Shown here piece by piece: positions 17,116 through 25,750 of a stretch of DNA of 64,000 nt. Origin of the DNA: Dehalococcoidia bacterium (lineage in GTDB: Bacteria; Chloroflexota; Dehalococcoidia; Bin125). The stretch is taken from positions 2,832,015 through 2,896,014 of the forward strand of contig OZ241913.1 in the NCBI GenBank assembly GCA_965203775.1, written 5' to 3'. Numbering within the stretch: position 1 is the first letter of the stretch; each line of letters opens with the position of its first letter. A model generated the notes under the pieces. The model did not search any database. It was not told the origin of the DNA and saw nothing but the letters and a program-made list of their open reading frames with translations. Both the position numbers and the translations under genes were made by a program.

Positions 17116-18184
17116 CGCGACAGAGCCAACGCTGCTCGACCTGGACCTGCCGCAACTCACCGCGCTGATGGCCGAGCTCGACCAGCCGCCTTGGCGCGCG
17201 CGCCAGGTCTGGCGGCAAGTCTGGCAGCGCGGCGTCCTCGATCCGCTGGAGATGAGCGATCTGCCCCGCTCGCTGCGCGAGCAGCTGGCGCAGCGCAGCG
17301 CCGACGCGCCCACGCCGCTGCAAACGCAAACCAGCGAGGACGGCTCAACCACCAAGGCGCTGTTGCCGCTGGGCGACGGCGAGCTGATCGAGACGGTGCT
17401 AATCCGCCACGACCCGCACGCGCAGACCAGCCCCACCCCGCGCCGCACCGTCTGCCTTTCGACCCAGGCCGGCTGCGCGATGGGCTGCACCTTCTGCGCC
17501 ACCGGCGCGCAGGGCTTCCGCCGCCAGCTGTCGGTCGGCGAGGTGCTCGCGCAGGCTCTGCTGGCCCGCGGCTGGGCCCGCGAGGAGGGCGGCGAGCTGT
17601 CCCACGTCGTCTTCATGGGCATGGGCGAGCCGCTGGCCAACTACGAAACGGTCAGCGCGGCGCTGGAGCGGCTCTCCGACGCCGACGCCTTCGCGCTCTC
17701 GCCGCGCCGTATCACGGTCTCAACGGTCGGCCTGCCGGCGCAGATACGCCGCCTGGCCGACGACCACCCGCAGGTCAATCTGGCCGTGAGCCTGCACGCT
17801 GCCGACGAGGCTCTGCGGCGCGAACTGGTGCCCGTGCCCCCCGCGTCGCCCGCCGAGATCATCGCCGCCGCCCGCGAGCACTCCCAGCGCACCGGCCGCC
17901 GCGTCACATTCGAATACGTGCTGCTGGCGGGCGCAAACGACTCCCGCGCCCAGGCCCGCGCGCTGGCCGACCAAATCGCCGGCATCCGCTGCCAGGTCAA
18001 CCTGATCCCATTCAACCCGTCGCCCGAGGTAGTCGGCCAACGCCCAACCCGCCGCGCCACGCTGGGCTTCCAACAAGCGCTCGCCGAGCGGGGCATCGCA
18101 GCGAACGTGCGAGTGGAGAAGGGCCAGGACATCGCCGCCGCCTGCGGCCAACTCCGCGGCGACCGCCTAACTGTCGCGCCCTGA
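17108..18184 (+). CDS. rlmN: 23S rRNA (adenine2503-C2)-methyltransferase RlmN (radical SAM)
   Basis: CLSTQAGCAMGCTFCATG (CxxxCxxC), VVFMGMGEPLAN, LIPFNP. Overlaps the fmt stop by 8 bp. Confidence 0.85.
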   Translation: MADATEPTLLDLDLPQLTALMAELDQPPWRARQVWRQVWQRGVLDPLEMSDLPRSLREQLAQRSADAPTPLQTQTSEDGSTTKALLPLGDGELIETVLIRHDPHAQTSPTPRRTVCLSTQAGCAMGCTFCATGAQGFRRQLSVGEVLAQALLARGWAREEGGELSHVVFMGMGEPLANYETVSAALERLSDADAFALSPRRITVSTVGLPAQIRRLADDHPQVNLAVSLHAADEALRRELVPVPPASPAEIIAAAREHSQRTGRRVTFEYVLLAGANDSRAQARALADQIAGIRCQVNLIPFNPSPEVVGQRPTRRATLGFQQALAERGIAANVRVEKGQDIAAACGQLRGDRLTVAP

Positions 18185-18189
18185 TCCAT

Positions 18190-19105
18190 CCACGCCACAC
18201 CCTCCGTCGCCACTGTGTCTTCCCACCGTCAATTCCTACACCGCCTCCGTTCTCAATTCCTGCCTCTCTTCCGCCATCAATTCCTGCACCGCCTCCGCCA
18301 CCAAATTCTGCCCCTCTTCCGCCATCAATTCCTGCACCCCCTCCGCCATTCCTGCCCCTTCCCGTCATTCCTGCGACCCTTCCGTCATTCCTGCGCAGGC
18401 AGGAACCACCCCACACCCCCACTTCCCCCAAATCCTGCTATGCTCACAACAGAACAGGAGTGCCGAACCATGCCTCTCTCCCCACAACAACGCCGCCGCG
18501 CCCCTCTTCCGTCATTCCTGCGCAGGCAGGAACCCAGCCCCACCTCACCCTCTCCCTTCCCCAATTCATCCCTCCCCCCTTTTAGGGGGAGGTTAGGTGG
18601 GGGGTGGGAACTTGCGAGCGCGTAAGAGGGTGCTGCGGCAGAGGCGCTCGCTCGGCCGCCAGCGCCGGCTCGGTGCGCCGACCCCCTCTTAGTCTCTCCC
18701 CTGGAAGGGGGGAGAGATGAATTGGGGCGCTTGCGCTCCTGCCGTCGTTCCTGCCTGCGCAGGAATGACGGAAGAGAGGGGCGTAGGAATCGGAAGTGGC
18801 GGGGCGCAGGAATGACGGATAACGGGGCGGGAATAACGGAAGTAGCGTTCGAGGCGTAGAACAGCGGTCGCTGCCTCATCGTTACTTCCCACCCCCCACC
18901 TAACCTCCCCCCTAAAAGGGGGGAGGGATGAATTTTTCTTGGGGTAGGTGTTTTGGTGTTTGGTTTGCGTGTTTGCGCGTCCGCGTGCGTCCGCGTGTGC
19001 GCACTCCTTTTCCTGGATCTTCCTCCATTCCGGTCCCTCCCCCCTTTTAGGGGGGAGGTTAGGTGGGGGGTGGGATGCACCGAGCGCGCACAGCGATCGC
19101 CCCCC
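18190..19105. repeat. intergenic repeat island (family-A TTCCTGCCTGCGCAGGAATGACGG units plus family-B hairpin elements)
   Basis: Multiple copies in both orientations of ccgtcattcctgcgcaggcaggaa and of cccaccccccacctaacctcccccctaaaaggggggagggatgaatt. Tracker ORFs here translate to SFLRRQE/VIPAQAGT artefacts. Confidence 0.8.
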
Positions 19106-19110
19106 CCCCC

Positions 19111-19521
19111 TCACGGCTGCGCGCCTAGGTCGAACCAGGCGTGGGTGGCGCCCAGGTCGTAGCCTCTGAGCCAGCCTTCTTGGCGGGCGTGCTCGATCAG
19201 CGGAGCGAGGCCGCGGATGAGGTCGCGGCGGCCGGCCAGCGCGCCGGCGATTAGGCCGGAGGGATTGGGCAGATAGTCGAGCGTGGGCGCGGCGCTGGTC
19301 GCCAGCAGGCCGCGCGCGTAGCCCTGCTGCTCGCGCTCGTCGGCTTCGAGCCGCATGCGCTGCTCGGCGGCCTCCGCGCCGGCGGACCAGCCCGACTCGC
19401 GGGCGGCGTTGAGGTCGGCCTGGGTGGGGCCGCGCTCGAATGCGCCGCTCAGCCCGCCGATTAAGGCGGCGGCGGCCGCGCCCAGGATGAAGGCGGCGAG
19501 CAGCAGCGCGGCGCGGCTCAT
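19111..19521 (-). CDS. hypothetical membrane-anchored protein (136 aa), paralog of the upstream gene
   Basis: MSRAALLLAAFILGAAAAALIGG... is a signal/TM segment, followed by a GPTQADLNAA motif. The ATG overlaps the stop of the upstream paralog (ATGA). Confidence 0.5.
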   Translation of the reverse strand: MSRAALLLAAFILGAAAAALIGGLSGAFERGPTQADLNAARESGWSAGAEAAEQRMRLEADEREQQGYARGLLATSAAPTLDYLPNPSGLIAGALAGRRDLIRGLAPLIEHARQEGWLRGYDLGATHAWFDLGAQP

Positions 19522-20051
19522 CTCGCGCCCGCTTCCGCGTCGCCCGACGGCGCTGCGGGCGAGCTTGCGGGCGCTCTTGAGGGCGCTCTTGAGGGCGATC
19601 TTGAGGGTGGGGCGGCGCCGATCCGCTGCCAGGCGGCGCGGTAGCCCTCGCGCCAGCCCTGATCCCAGGCTTCGGCCAGCTCGCGCTCGGCGAGGGCCTG
19701 CGCCGCGTCGTAGGCCGCTTCGTAGGTGAAGCCGTGGCGGAAGCGATCCATCGCTTCGGGCGTGACCTGCGAGGCGACGCTGCGCCCATGCGCGAAGCCG
19801 ACCAGCTCGCGCCGCTCGAGCTCGGCCTGCCACTCCGCCTCGGTCGCGGCTGCGCCGTCTTCCACGCCGCGCCGGAAGGCGGCGTCGACATCGGCCTGAG
19901 TCGGGCCGTCGTCGAACCAGTCGGTGCCAAAGCCGAGCGTGAGGGCGAGGGCCGCGCCGGCCAGGCAGGCGGCGGCGAGCCAACGGCGGGGCGTCGGCGG
20001 GCGCGCCTCGGGCTCGCGCTCCAGCTCGCGCCAGCCGGCCCCCTGCGCCAC
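19518..20051 (-). CDS. hypothetical membrane-anchored protein (177 aa), paralog of the 19111..19521 gene
   Basis: Hydrophobic LAAACLAGAALALTLGF followed by GPTQADVDAA. The 3' end carries a 12-bp tandem repeat encoding (ALKS)n. Confidence 0.5.
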   Translation of the reverse strand: MAQGAGWRELEREPEARPPTPRRWLAAACLAGAALALTLGFGTDWFDDGPTQADVDAAFRRGVEDGAAATEAEWQAELERRELVGFAHGRSVASQVTPEAMDRFRHGFTYEAAYDAAQALAERELAEAWDQGWREGYRAAWQRIGAAPPSRSPSRAPSRAPASSPAAPSGDAEAGAR

Positions 20052-20054
20052 CGG

Positions 20055-21272
20055 TCAAGCTCCCGAGGCGGCCAGCGCCGGGTTGGGCCGCGTCCAACCC
20101 CTCATCCGACCGAAGAGCAGCGAAACGAGCGCGAAGACGGAGAACACGGCGGCCGCCCAGAAGACCATCTCGACCGAGAGCAGCGCGCCGACGACGGCGA
20201 AGATCGGCCCGGCGACGAAGCCGCCGATGTCCCAGGCGAGCTGGAAGGTGGCGGTCGCGCCGCCGCGCTGGTTGGCGGCGACGCGGTCGACCGCCAGCGC
20301 GAGCAGCCCGGTGTGCGCCGCGCCCATGCCGATGCCGGTCAGCGCGCCGGCCGGCATCAGGGTCAGGGGCGAGTCGGCCTGGGTCAGCAGCACCAGCCCG
20401 GCGACCGTCGCAATCAGCCCGGGGATGATCACCGGCACGCGCCCGACGATGTCGGAGACGCGCCCGGCGATCGGGCGGGTGACCATCGCGCCCGCGCCGC
20501 TGAACAGGAAGAAGAAGATGCCGATGCCCTCGACGCCGCCGAAATTGCGGTCCGGGTCGGCGTTCTCCAGCGAGGGCAGGAAAGCCGCGGCGACGCTGAA
20601 GGTGAGCGTGATGCTGAGGAAGACGAACATGGGGAAGACGGCCGGCGGCGGCACCAGCGAGCGCAGCGAGAGCGGCGGCGGTGGGCGCCCCGAGCCGGCC
20701 GGCTCGCGCTTGAAGAAGGTCAGCCCGAAGGACGCGGCGGCGGTGGCGACGGCGAGGATCAGCACGGCGTCGAAGCCGCCCAGATAGGCGAAGACGACCC
20801 CGCCGAGCATCGGCAGCAGCGTCTGCGCCGCCGAGGTCGAGAGCCCGAAGAAGCCCAGCCCCTCGCCGCGGCGGGGAATGGGCACGATCTCCGCGACGAA
20901 CGATCCGGCCGCGGTGGGGTAGGCGGCCATGCTGATCCCATGCACGCAGCGCAGCGCGAAGAGGATCCAGATGTCCTCGACGAAGATCATCAGCGCGAAG
21001 GATGCGGCGAAGGAGAGCAGCCCGATGCGCATCAGGCGGATGCGCCGCCCGGCGTCGCTCCAGCGCCCGACGAAGGGCCGCAGGAAAATCGGGATCAGGT
21101 TGTAGCCGCCGACGATCAGCCCGATTTCGAGCACGGTCGCGCCGCGCTCGACCAGCTCGCCGGGCAGCGTCGCGGTCAGGTAGAAGAAGCAGGCGAAGAA
21201 GGAGAAGGTGCCGAGCAGGGCTAGCAGGTACTGGTTGGTCCAGAGTTTGGGCCGCTGGCCGCGCAGCCGCAC
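20055..21272 (-). CDS. MFS transporter
   Basis: Twelve predicted TM segments (LLALLGTFSFFACFFY, GLIVGGYNLIPIFLRPFVGRWSD, ...). Proposed GTG start giving (M)RLRGQRPKLWTN. The upstream tracker extension is Arg-rich junk overlapping the DUF3090 gene. Confidence 0.65.
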   Translation of the reverse strand: MRLRGQRPKLWTNQYLLALLGTFSFFACFFYLTATLPGELVERGATVLEIGLIVGGYNLIPIFLRPFVGRWSDAGRRIRLMRIGLLSFAASFALMIFVEDIWILFALRCVHGISMAAYPTAAGSFVAEIVPIPRRGEGLGFFGLSTSAAQTLLPMLGGVVFAYLGGFDAVLILAVATAAASFGLTFFKREPAGSGRPPPPLSLRSLVPPPAVFPMFVFLSITLTFSVAAAFLPSLENADPDRNFGGVEGIGIFFFLFSGAGAMVTRPIAGRVSDIVGRVPVIIPGLIATVAGLVLLTQADSPLTLMPAGALTGIGMGAAHTGLLALAVDRVAANQRGGATATFQLAWDIGGFVAGPIFAVVGALLSVEMVFWAAAVFSVFALVSLLFGRMRGWTRPNPALAASGA

Positions 21273-21391
21273 GGCGGTGTTGCGGGCGGCATTGTTGGCC
21301 GCGAGCGCGAGGCCGTTGGCGATGGAGGCACGCTGCGGCGCGGCGCGCGCCGTCCAGCCGGCGTGTGAGAGCGGCGCGCGCGGGGAAACGA

Positions 21392-21931
21392 TCAGAACTC
21401 CGGCGGGCCGATGCCCGCGAGGGCGCCGTCGCCGTGTCCGTTGGTCTGGGGGCAGAGGTGCTCGTCTTCTTCCAGCGGCTGTTTGCAGAGCGGGCAGGTC
21501 GGCCGCCCGCCGGCCACGGCCGTCTCCGCCTGCACCGTGAAGCGCCGCGCGATTTCGCGGCTGAAATCGACCCGCAGCGTGGGCGTGTCGGCGTCGGTCT
21601 CGATGTCGGTGGCGAAGAGCGAGAGCGTGCGGGCGTCTTCGTCGTAGCCCAGCGCGAGCCGCCCGGCCTGGAATTCGTGGGTCGGGTTGAGCGGGAAGTC
21701 GCCCAGCTCGGGCGAGGCCGGCCGGCGGCCTTCTCCCTCGCGCCGGAAGCGCGCGAGGATTTGCTGCACGGCGGTGGCCAGCGAGTTGACCTGCTCCTTC
21801 TCGCACCAGATCGAGGCGGTCACATCGCCGGCGCTGACGCGCAGCCGAAAGCGCCGCTGCCCGGCCGGGCCGATCGCTTCAGCCTCAAGCGCGGTGGCGG
21901 AGCCCAGGTCCCATTCGGCGGCGGCGCTCAT
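21392..21931 (-). CDS. DUF3090-like protein with C-terminal CxxC...C zinc-ribbon motif
   Basis: 179 aa, non-repetitive, ends with TCPLCKQPLEEDEHLCPQTNGHGD. Confidence 0.65.
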   Translation of the reverse strand: MSAAAEWDLGSATALEAEAIGPAGQRRFRLRVSAGDVTASIWCEKEQVNSLATAVQQILARFRREGEGRRPASPELGDFPLNPTHEFQAGRLALGYDEDARTLSLFATDIETDADTPTLRVDFSREIARRFTVQAETAVAGGRPTCPLCKQPLEEDEHLCPQTNGHGDGALAGIGPPEF

Positions 21932-21976
21932 AGGGAGAGTGTATAGGCAGCGGGCGGGTTTGCGATCGCTGGGGGA

Positions 21977-23479
21977 GTGAGCGGCTGCGAGGCTGTAGCA
22001 TCAGGGGGTGTTGGAGAGCGCGATTGGAGGATCGCCGTGGGTCTGCGAACGCCGGCGGAGTACATCGAGTCGCTGCGCGACGAGCGCGAGGTCTGGTACC
22101 GCGGTCAGCGCGTCGACGACGTGACGACCCACCCGACGATCGGCAAGGCCGTGCGCCACGCCGCGATCGACTATGAGATGGCCGAGTCGGAGCAGTACCG
22201 CGAGCTGGCCCGCTACGAGGAAGACGGCGCGGAGCACAGCCGCTACTACAAGATTCCGCGCTCGCAGGCGGACCTGCTCGATCGCTCGCGGCTGATCGAG
22301 GCGGCCACCGCCGAAGGCGACACGCTGGTCGTGCTGATCAAGGAAATCGGCACCGACGCGCTCTTCGCGCTGCTCGCCGTCACCGCCGAGTTTGACGACC
22401 CCGTCTACCACGAGCGCGCGCGCGACTACTACGAATACTGCCGTGACAACGATCTGGCGCTGGCCGTCGCGCAGACCGACGTCAAGGGCGACCGCGTGAA
22501 GCGCCCCAGCCAGCAGGCGGATCCCGACATGTACCTGCGGGTGGTCGAGCGGCGGCCCGACGGCGTGGTGGTGCGCGGCGCAAAGGCGCACACCTCGGTG
22601 GTGACCAACACCAACGAGGTGATCGTGCTGCCGACGCGGGCGATGGGCGCGGACGAGCAGGACTGGAGCATCGCCTTCGCGCTGCCCGTCGCCAGCGCCG
22701 GGCTGCGCTTCATCGCCAGCCCGTTCGGCGACGGCGCGAACCACAGCGGCGAGCGCCCGATCTCCGCCGTGCGCAAGATGATGGAGACGATCACGATCTT
22801 CGACGACGTGTTCGTGCCCAACGAGCGGATCTTCCTCGACGGCGATGTGGATGCCGCGGGGCAGCTGGCGCTCACGTTCGTCGAGTACCACCGCTTCACC
22901 GCGGTCTCCTACAAGCTGCCGCTGGTCGACGCGCTGGGCGGGGCGGCGGCGCTGGCGGCGGACTACAACGGGATCATCGGCGCGGGCCACGTGCGCGAGA
23001 AGTTCGTCGACCTGATCGCCTACGCCGAGACCACCCGGGCGTTGCTGGAAAAGTCGGCCGAGCGCTGCATTGGCAAGCCCAACGGCCAGGTCGCGCCCGA
23101 CCCGATGACGGTCAATCTGGCCAAGAGCCACTTCGCGCACGGCTATCACGAGGCGGTGCAGCACGTGCAGGAGATCGCCGGCGGCATCCTCGTCACCGGC
23201 CCGGGCGATGAAGACTGGGAGCAGGAGGAGCTGCGCCCGTTCCTGCAGAAGTACCTGGCGGGGCGCGAGGGCGTGGGCGGCGAGCAGCGCATGCGGCTGC
23301 TCAACTTCGTGCGCGACCTGACCTCGTCCGACTACGGCGCGTATCAGGAGGTGCTGGCGATTCACGCCGAAGGCTCGCTGCAGGCCGAGCGCTTGCAGGT
23401 CTTCCGCGCGTTCAACGAGAACGGCGGCGCGCGCCGCGTCACGCGCCTGGTCGGGCGCATGGCTGGGCTGCGCGGCTAG
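21977..23479 (+). CDS. 4-hydroxyphenylacetate 3-monooxygenase oxygenase-component family (HpaB / 4-hydroxybutyryl-CoA dehydratase fold) flavin monooxygenase
   Basis: ~500 aa with PAEYIESLRDEREVWYRGQRVDDVTTHP near the N-terminus, as in the HpaB family. The true start could be the internal GTG (VGLRTPAEY). Confidence 0.8.
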   Translation: MSGCEAVASGGVGERDWRIAVGLRTPAEYIESLRDEREVWYRGQRVDDVTTHPTIGKAVRHAAIDYEMAESEQYRELARYEEDGAEHSRYYKIPRSQADLLDRSRLIEAATAEGDTLVVLIKEIGTDALFALLAVTAEFDDPVYHERARDYYEYCRDNDLALAVAQTDVKGDRVKRPSQQADPDMYLRVVERRPDGVVVRGAKAHTSVVTNTNEVIVLPTRAMGADEQDWSIAFALPVASAGLRFIASPFGDGANHSGERPISAVRKMMETITIFDDVFVPNERIFLDGDVDAAGQLALTFVEYHRFTAVSYKLPLVDALGGAAALAADYNGIIGAGHVREKFVDLIAYAETTRALLEKSAERCIGKPNGQVAPDPMTVNLAKSHFAHGYHEAVQHVQEIAGGILVTGPGDEDWEQEELRPFLQKYLAGREGVGGEQRMRLLNFVRDLTSSDYGAYQEVLAIHAEGSLQAERLQVFRAFNENGGARRVTRLVGRMAGLRG

Positions 23480-23492
23480 GCGGCGGGCGAGC

Positions 23493-24140
23493 ATGGTTCG
23501 GCTGCCGCTCTTCCCGCTGCAAATCGTCGTCTTCCCCGGCGAAGAGGTGCCGCTGCACATCTTCGAGCCGCGCTACCGACAGCTGGTGCAGGACATGACC
23601 GAGTCGGGCGAGCCGTTCGGCATCGCGCTGCTGCGGCGCGGCGGGCGCGCCGAAGAGACGCACGAGATCGGTTGCACCGTGCGCATCGAGGCGACCGAGC
23701 CGTTCCCCGACGGGCGCTTCAACATCATCTGCCGCGGCGTGCAACGCTTTCGGATCATCGATCGGCTCGACGCCGCGCCCTACTGGATTGCCGAGGTCGA
23801 GCTGCTCGACGAGCCGCACGACGCGGAGAGCGACAACGCCTACGCAGCGCACAGCGAGACGAGCGATCTGTTCCGCGAGCACCTGGAGTTGGCGCTGGCG
23901 CTGCAAAACTCCTGGCAGCGGCGCTTTCGCATTCCCGAGCGGCCGATCGCGCTGGTCAACCACATCGGCGCGCAGGTCGAAGCGCCGCCCTCGGTCAAGC
24001 AGGAAGTGCTCAAGGCGGAGACGGCGGTCGAGCAGCTGCGCCTCATCGCCCGCCTGCTGCGCGCGACCAACCGCCAGCTGGCCGATCGTGTAAGCCTGCA
24101 CCAACGCCAGCGCTGGTCCGGCCTGGGCGCCGCCAACTGA
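23493..24140 (+). CDS. LON N-terminal (substrate-binding) domain protein
   Basis: MVRLPLFPLQIVVFPGEEVPLHIFEPRYRQLV is the LON-N domain consensus. 215 aa. Confidence 0.7.
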   Translation: MVRLPLFPLQIVVFPGEEVPLHIFEPRYRQLVQDMTESGEPFGIALLRRGGRAEETHEIGCTVRIEATEPFPDGRFNIICRGVQRFRIIDRLDAAPYWIAEVELLDEPHDAESDNAYAAHSETSDLFREHLELALALQNSWQRRFRIPERPIALVNHIGAQVEAPPSVKQEVLKAETAVEQLRLIARLLRATNRQLADRVSLHQRQRWSGLGAAN

Positions 24141-24149
24141 CGAACGATG

Positions 24150-24600
24150 CCCCCGTCATTCCTGCGCAGGCAGGAACCTGCGCCCTTCTCCGTCATTCCT
24201 GCGCAGGCAGGAACGCGCAGGCAGGAATGACGGAATGGAGCAGGGGCGGCCACTCGGCCGCTGGTAGATGCTCGGTGCGTCGCACCCCCCACCTAGCCTC
24301 CCCCCTAAAAGGGGGGAGGGATGAATTGGGGAAGGGGGAGAGGGGGTGCGTGCGTGCGCGGGAATGACGGCTTGCGCGGTTCCTGCCTGCGCAGGAATGA
24401 CGGAAAGGGTGGGCAGGAATGACGGAATGGAGCAGGGGCGGCCGCTCGGCCGCTGGTAGACGCTCGGTACGTCGCACCCCCCACCTAGCCCCCCCCTAAA
24501 AGGGGGGAGGGATGAATTGGGGAAGGGGGAGAGGGGGTGCGTGCGTGCGCAGGAATGACGAGAGGGGCGCGGGTTCCTGCCTGCGCAGGAATGGCGGGAG
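24150..24600. repeat. intergenic repeat island (two near-identical ~200-bp blocks, family A + family B)
   Basis: 24160-24360 and 24360-24560 are near-duplicates containing ccgtcattcctgcgcaggcagga... and cacccccccacctagcctcccccctaaaaggggggagggatgaattgggga. Confidence 0.8.
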
Positions 24601-24612
24601 CGCGGACGGGCG

Positions 24613-25284
24613 CTAGGCGTTGGAAGCCTCGGGCTCGGCGTCGGTGGGGGTTTCGGCGGTGGGCGCGGCTTCTTCGGCGGCCTCGGCTGCGGCTTCGGCC
24701 TCTTCCTCTTCGTCCTCGGCGGCGAGGCGCGGGGCGAGCACGGTGGCGATGCCGACCGCCTCATCGGCGAGCACGCGGACGCCCTCGGGCAGCGTGAGGT
24801 CGCGGACCAGCACGCTGGAGCCGAACTCGGCGAGACCGCTGATGTCGACCTCAAGCTCGGAGGGCATCTCGAGCGGCAGCGCTTCGAGCAGGATGTATTC
24901 GACCGACTGGACAAGCGTGCCGCCCAGCGCCACCGCTTCGGGGTCGCCGACCAGCACGAGGCGCGCCTCGCTGTGAATCGCGCGCGTCAGGTCCACCTGG
25001 TAGAAGTCGACGTGCAGCAGCTCGCCGCTGACCGGGTGGCGTTGCACCTCGCGGAGGACGACGGGCACGGTGCCGTCGCGTCCGTCAATCGCCATCTGCA
25101 CCACGGCGTTGCGGTCGACGGAGCGAAAGACGCGGCGCAGCTCGGCGAGCGGAGTTTGGATCGCGATGGAGTCGATGCCGCGCCCGTAGACGTTGCAAGG
25201 CAGCACGCCGTCGCGCCGCAGTCGCTTGACGGCGCTGCCGGTAACGCTGCGGGGCTGCGTGCGCAAGGTGGCCTGGTCGGGCAT
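24613..25284 (-). CDS. rplY: 50S ribosomal protein L25 / general stress protein Ctc
   Basis: MPDQATLRTQPRSVTGSAVKRLRRDGVLPCNVYGRG...; start at cat 25282-25284; acidic Ala/Glu-rich C-terminal tail typical of Ctc-type L25. Confidence 0.85.
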   Translation of the reverse strand: MPDQATLRTQPRSVTGSAVKRLRRDGVLPCNVYGRGIDSIAIQTPLAELRRVFRSVDRNAVVQMAIDGRDGTVPVVLREVQRHPVSGELLHVDFYQVDLTRAIHSEARLVLVGDPEAVALGGTLVQSVEYILLEALPLEMPSELEVDISGLAEFGSSVLVRDLTLPEGVRVLADEAVGIATVLAPRLAAEDEEEEAEAAAEAAEEAAPTAETPTDAEPEASNA

Positions 25285-25429
25285 GGCGGTCGCTCCAAGA
25301 GCGAGATTATGAGCCAAACGGCAAGTGGTCAAGCCCGCGCGCCACAAAGCCGCGGGAGCTTGCCGGCTCACCCCAAGCCTCCACTCGCCCCTTCCCCAAT
25401 TCATCCCTCCCCCCTTTTAGGAGTCTCCT

Positions 25430-25522
25430 GCAAAATGCCCAATTTCGGCGGATCCGCCGATCAGGCTCTATCTGGTCGGCACCCGCGTGCAGGCCCCAGA
25501 TCTGCCTTTTGCAGGAGACTCC
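25430..25522. other. ~93-nt structured element X1, inserted in the loop of a family-B hairpin (candidate ncRNA or novel MITE)
   Basis: Perfect 16-bp terminal inverted repeat ggagtctcctgcaaaa/ttttgcaggagactcc. The core cccaatttcggcggatccgccgatcaggctctatctggtcgg is shared with X2 at 39322..39425. It is flanked by a duplicated cttttag. Confidence 0.5.
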
Positions 25523-25612
25523 TTTTAGGGGGGAGGTTAGGTGGGGGGTGGGAGGTAGCGAGTGGGCGCACCGATCGTGTCCGCTCCTCCGACCCCCAAG
25601 GGTTTCGCAATT

Positions 25613-25750
25613 CCGTCATTCCTGCGCAGGCAGGAACGCGCGCTAGGTGCGGCCTCGTCCTGCGATGGGCGTTCGGCGGGCCGTCGCGGGATGCGCAGCG
25701 CATGCAGGCGCTAGCGGCCGCCCCCATTCCTGCCTGCGCAGGAATGACGG
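25613..25750. mobile_element. MITE-1 copy a (138 bp, family-A 25-bp terminal inverted repeats)
   Basis: ccgtcattcctgcgcaggcaggaac + ~90-nt internal (gcgcgctaggtgcggcctcgtcctgcgatgggcgttcggcgggccgtcgcgggatgcgcagcgcatgcaggcgctagcggccgcc) + ttcctgcctgcgcaggaatgacgg. Two more copies at 37589..37727 and 38795..38933. Confidence 0.7.

Noticed and set aside
18560-18620. Family-B hairpins (10-bp G/C stem, AAA/TTT loop) as rho-independent terminators
   Set aside because: They are strong stems but are not followed by a U-tract in either orientation. They may still pause or terminate transcription, but the sequence does not show it.
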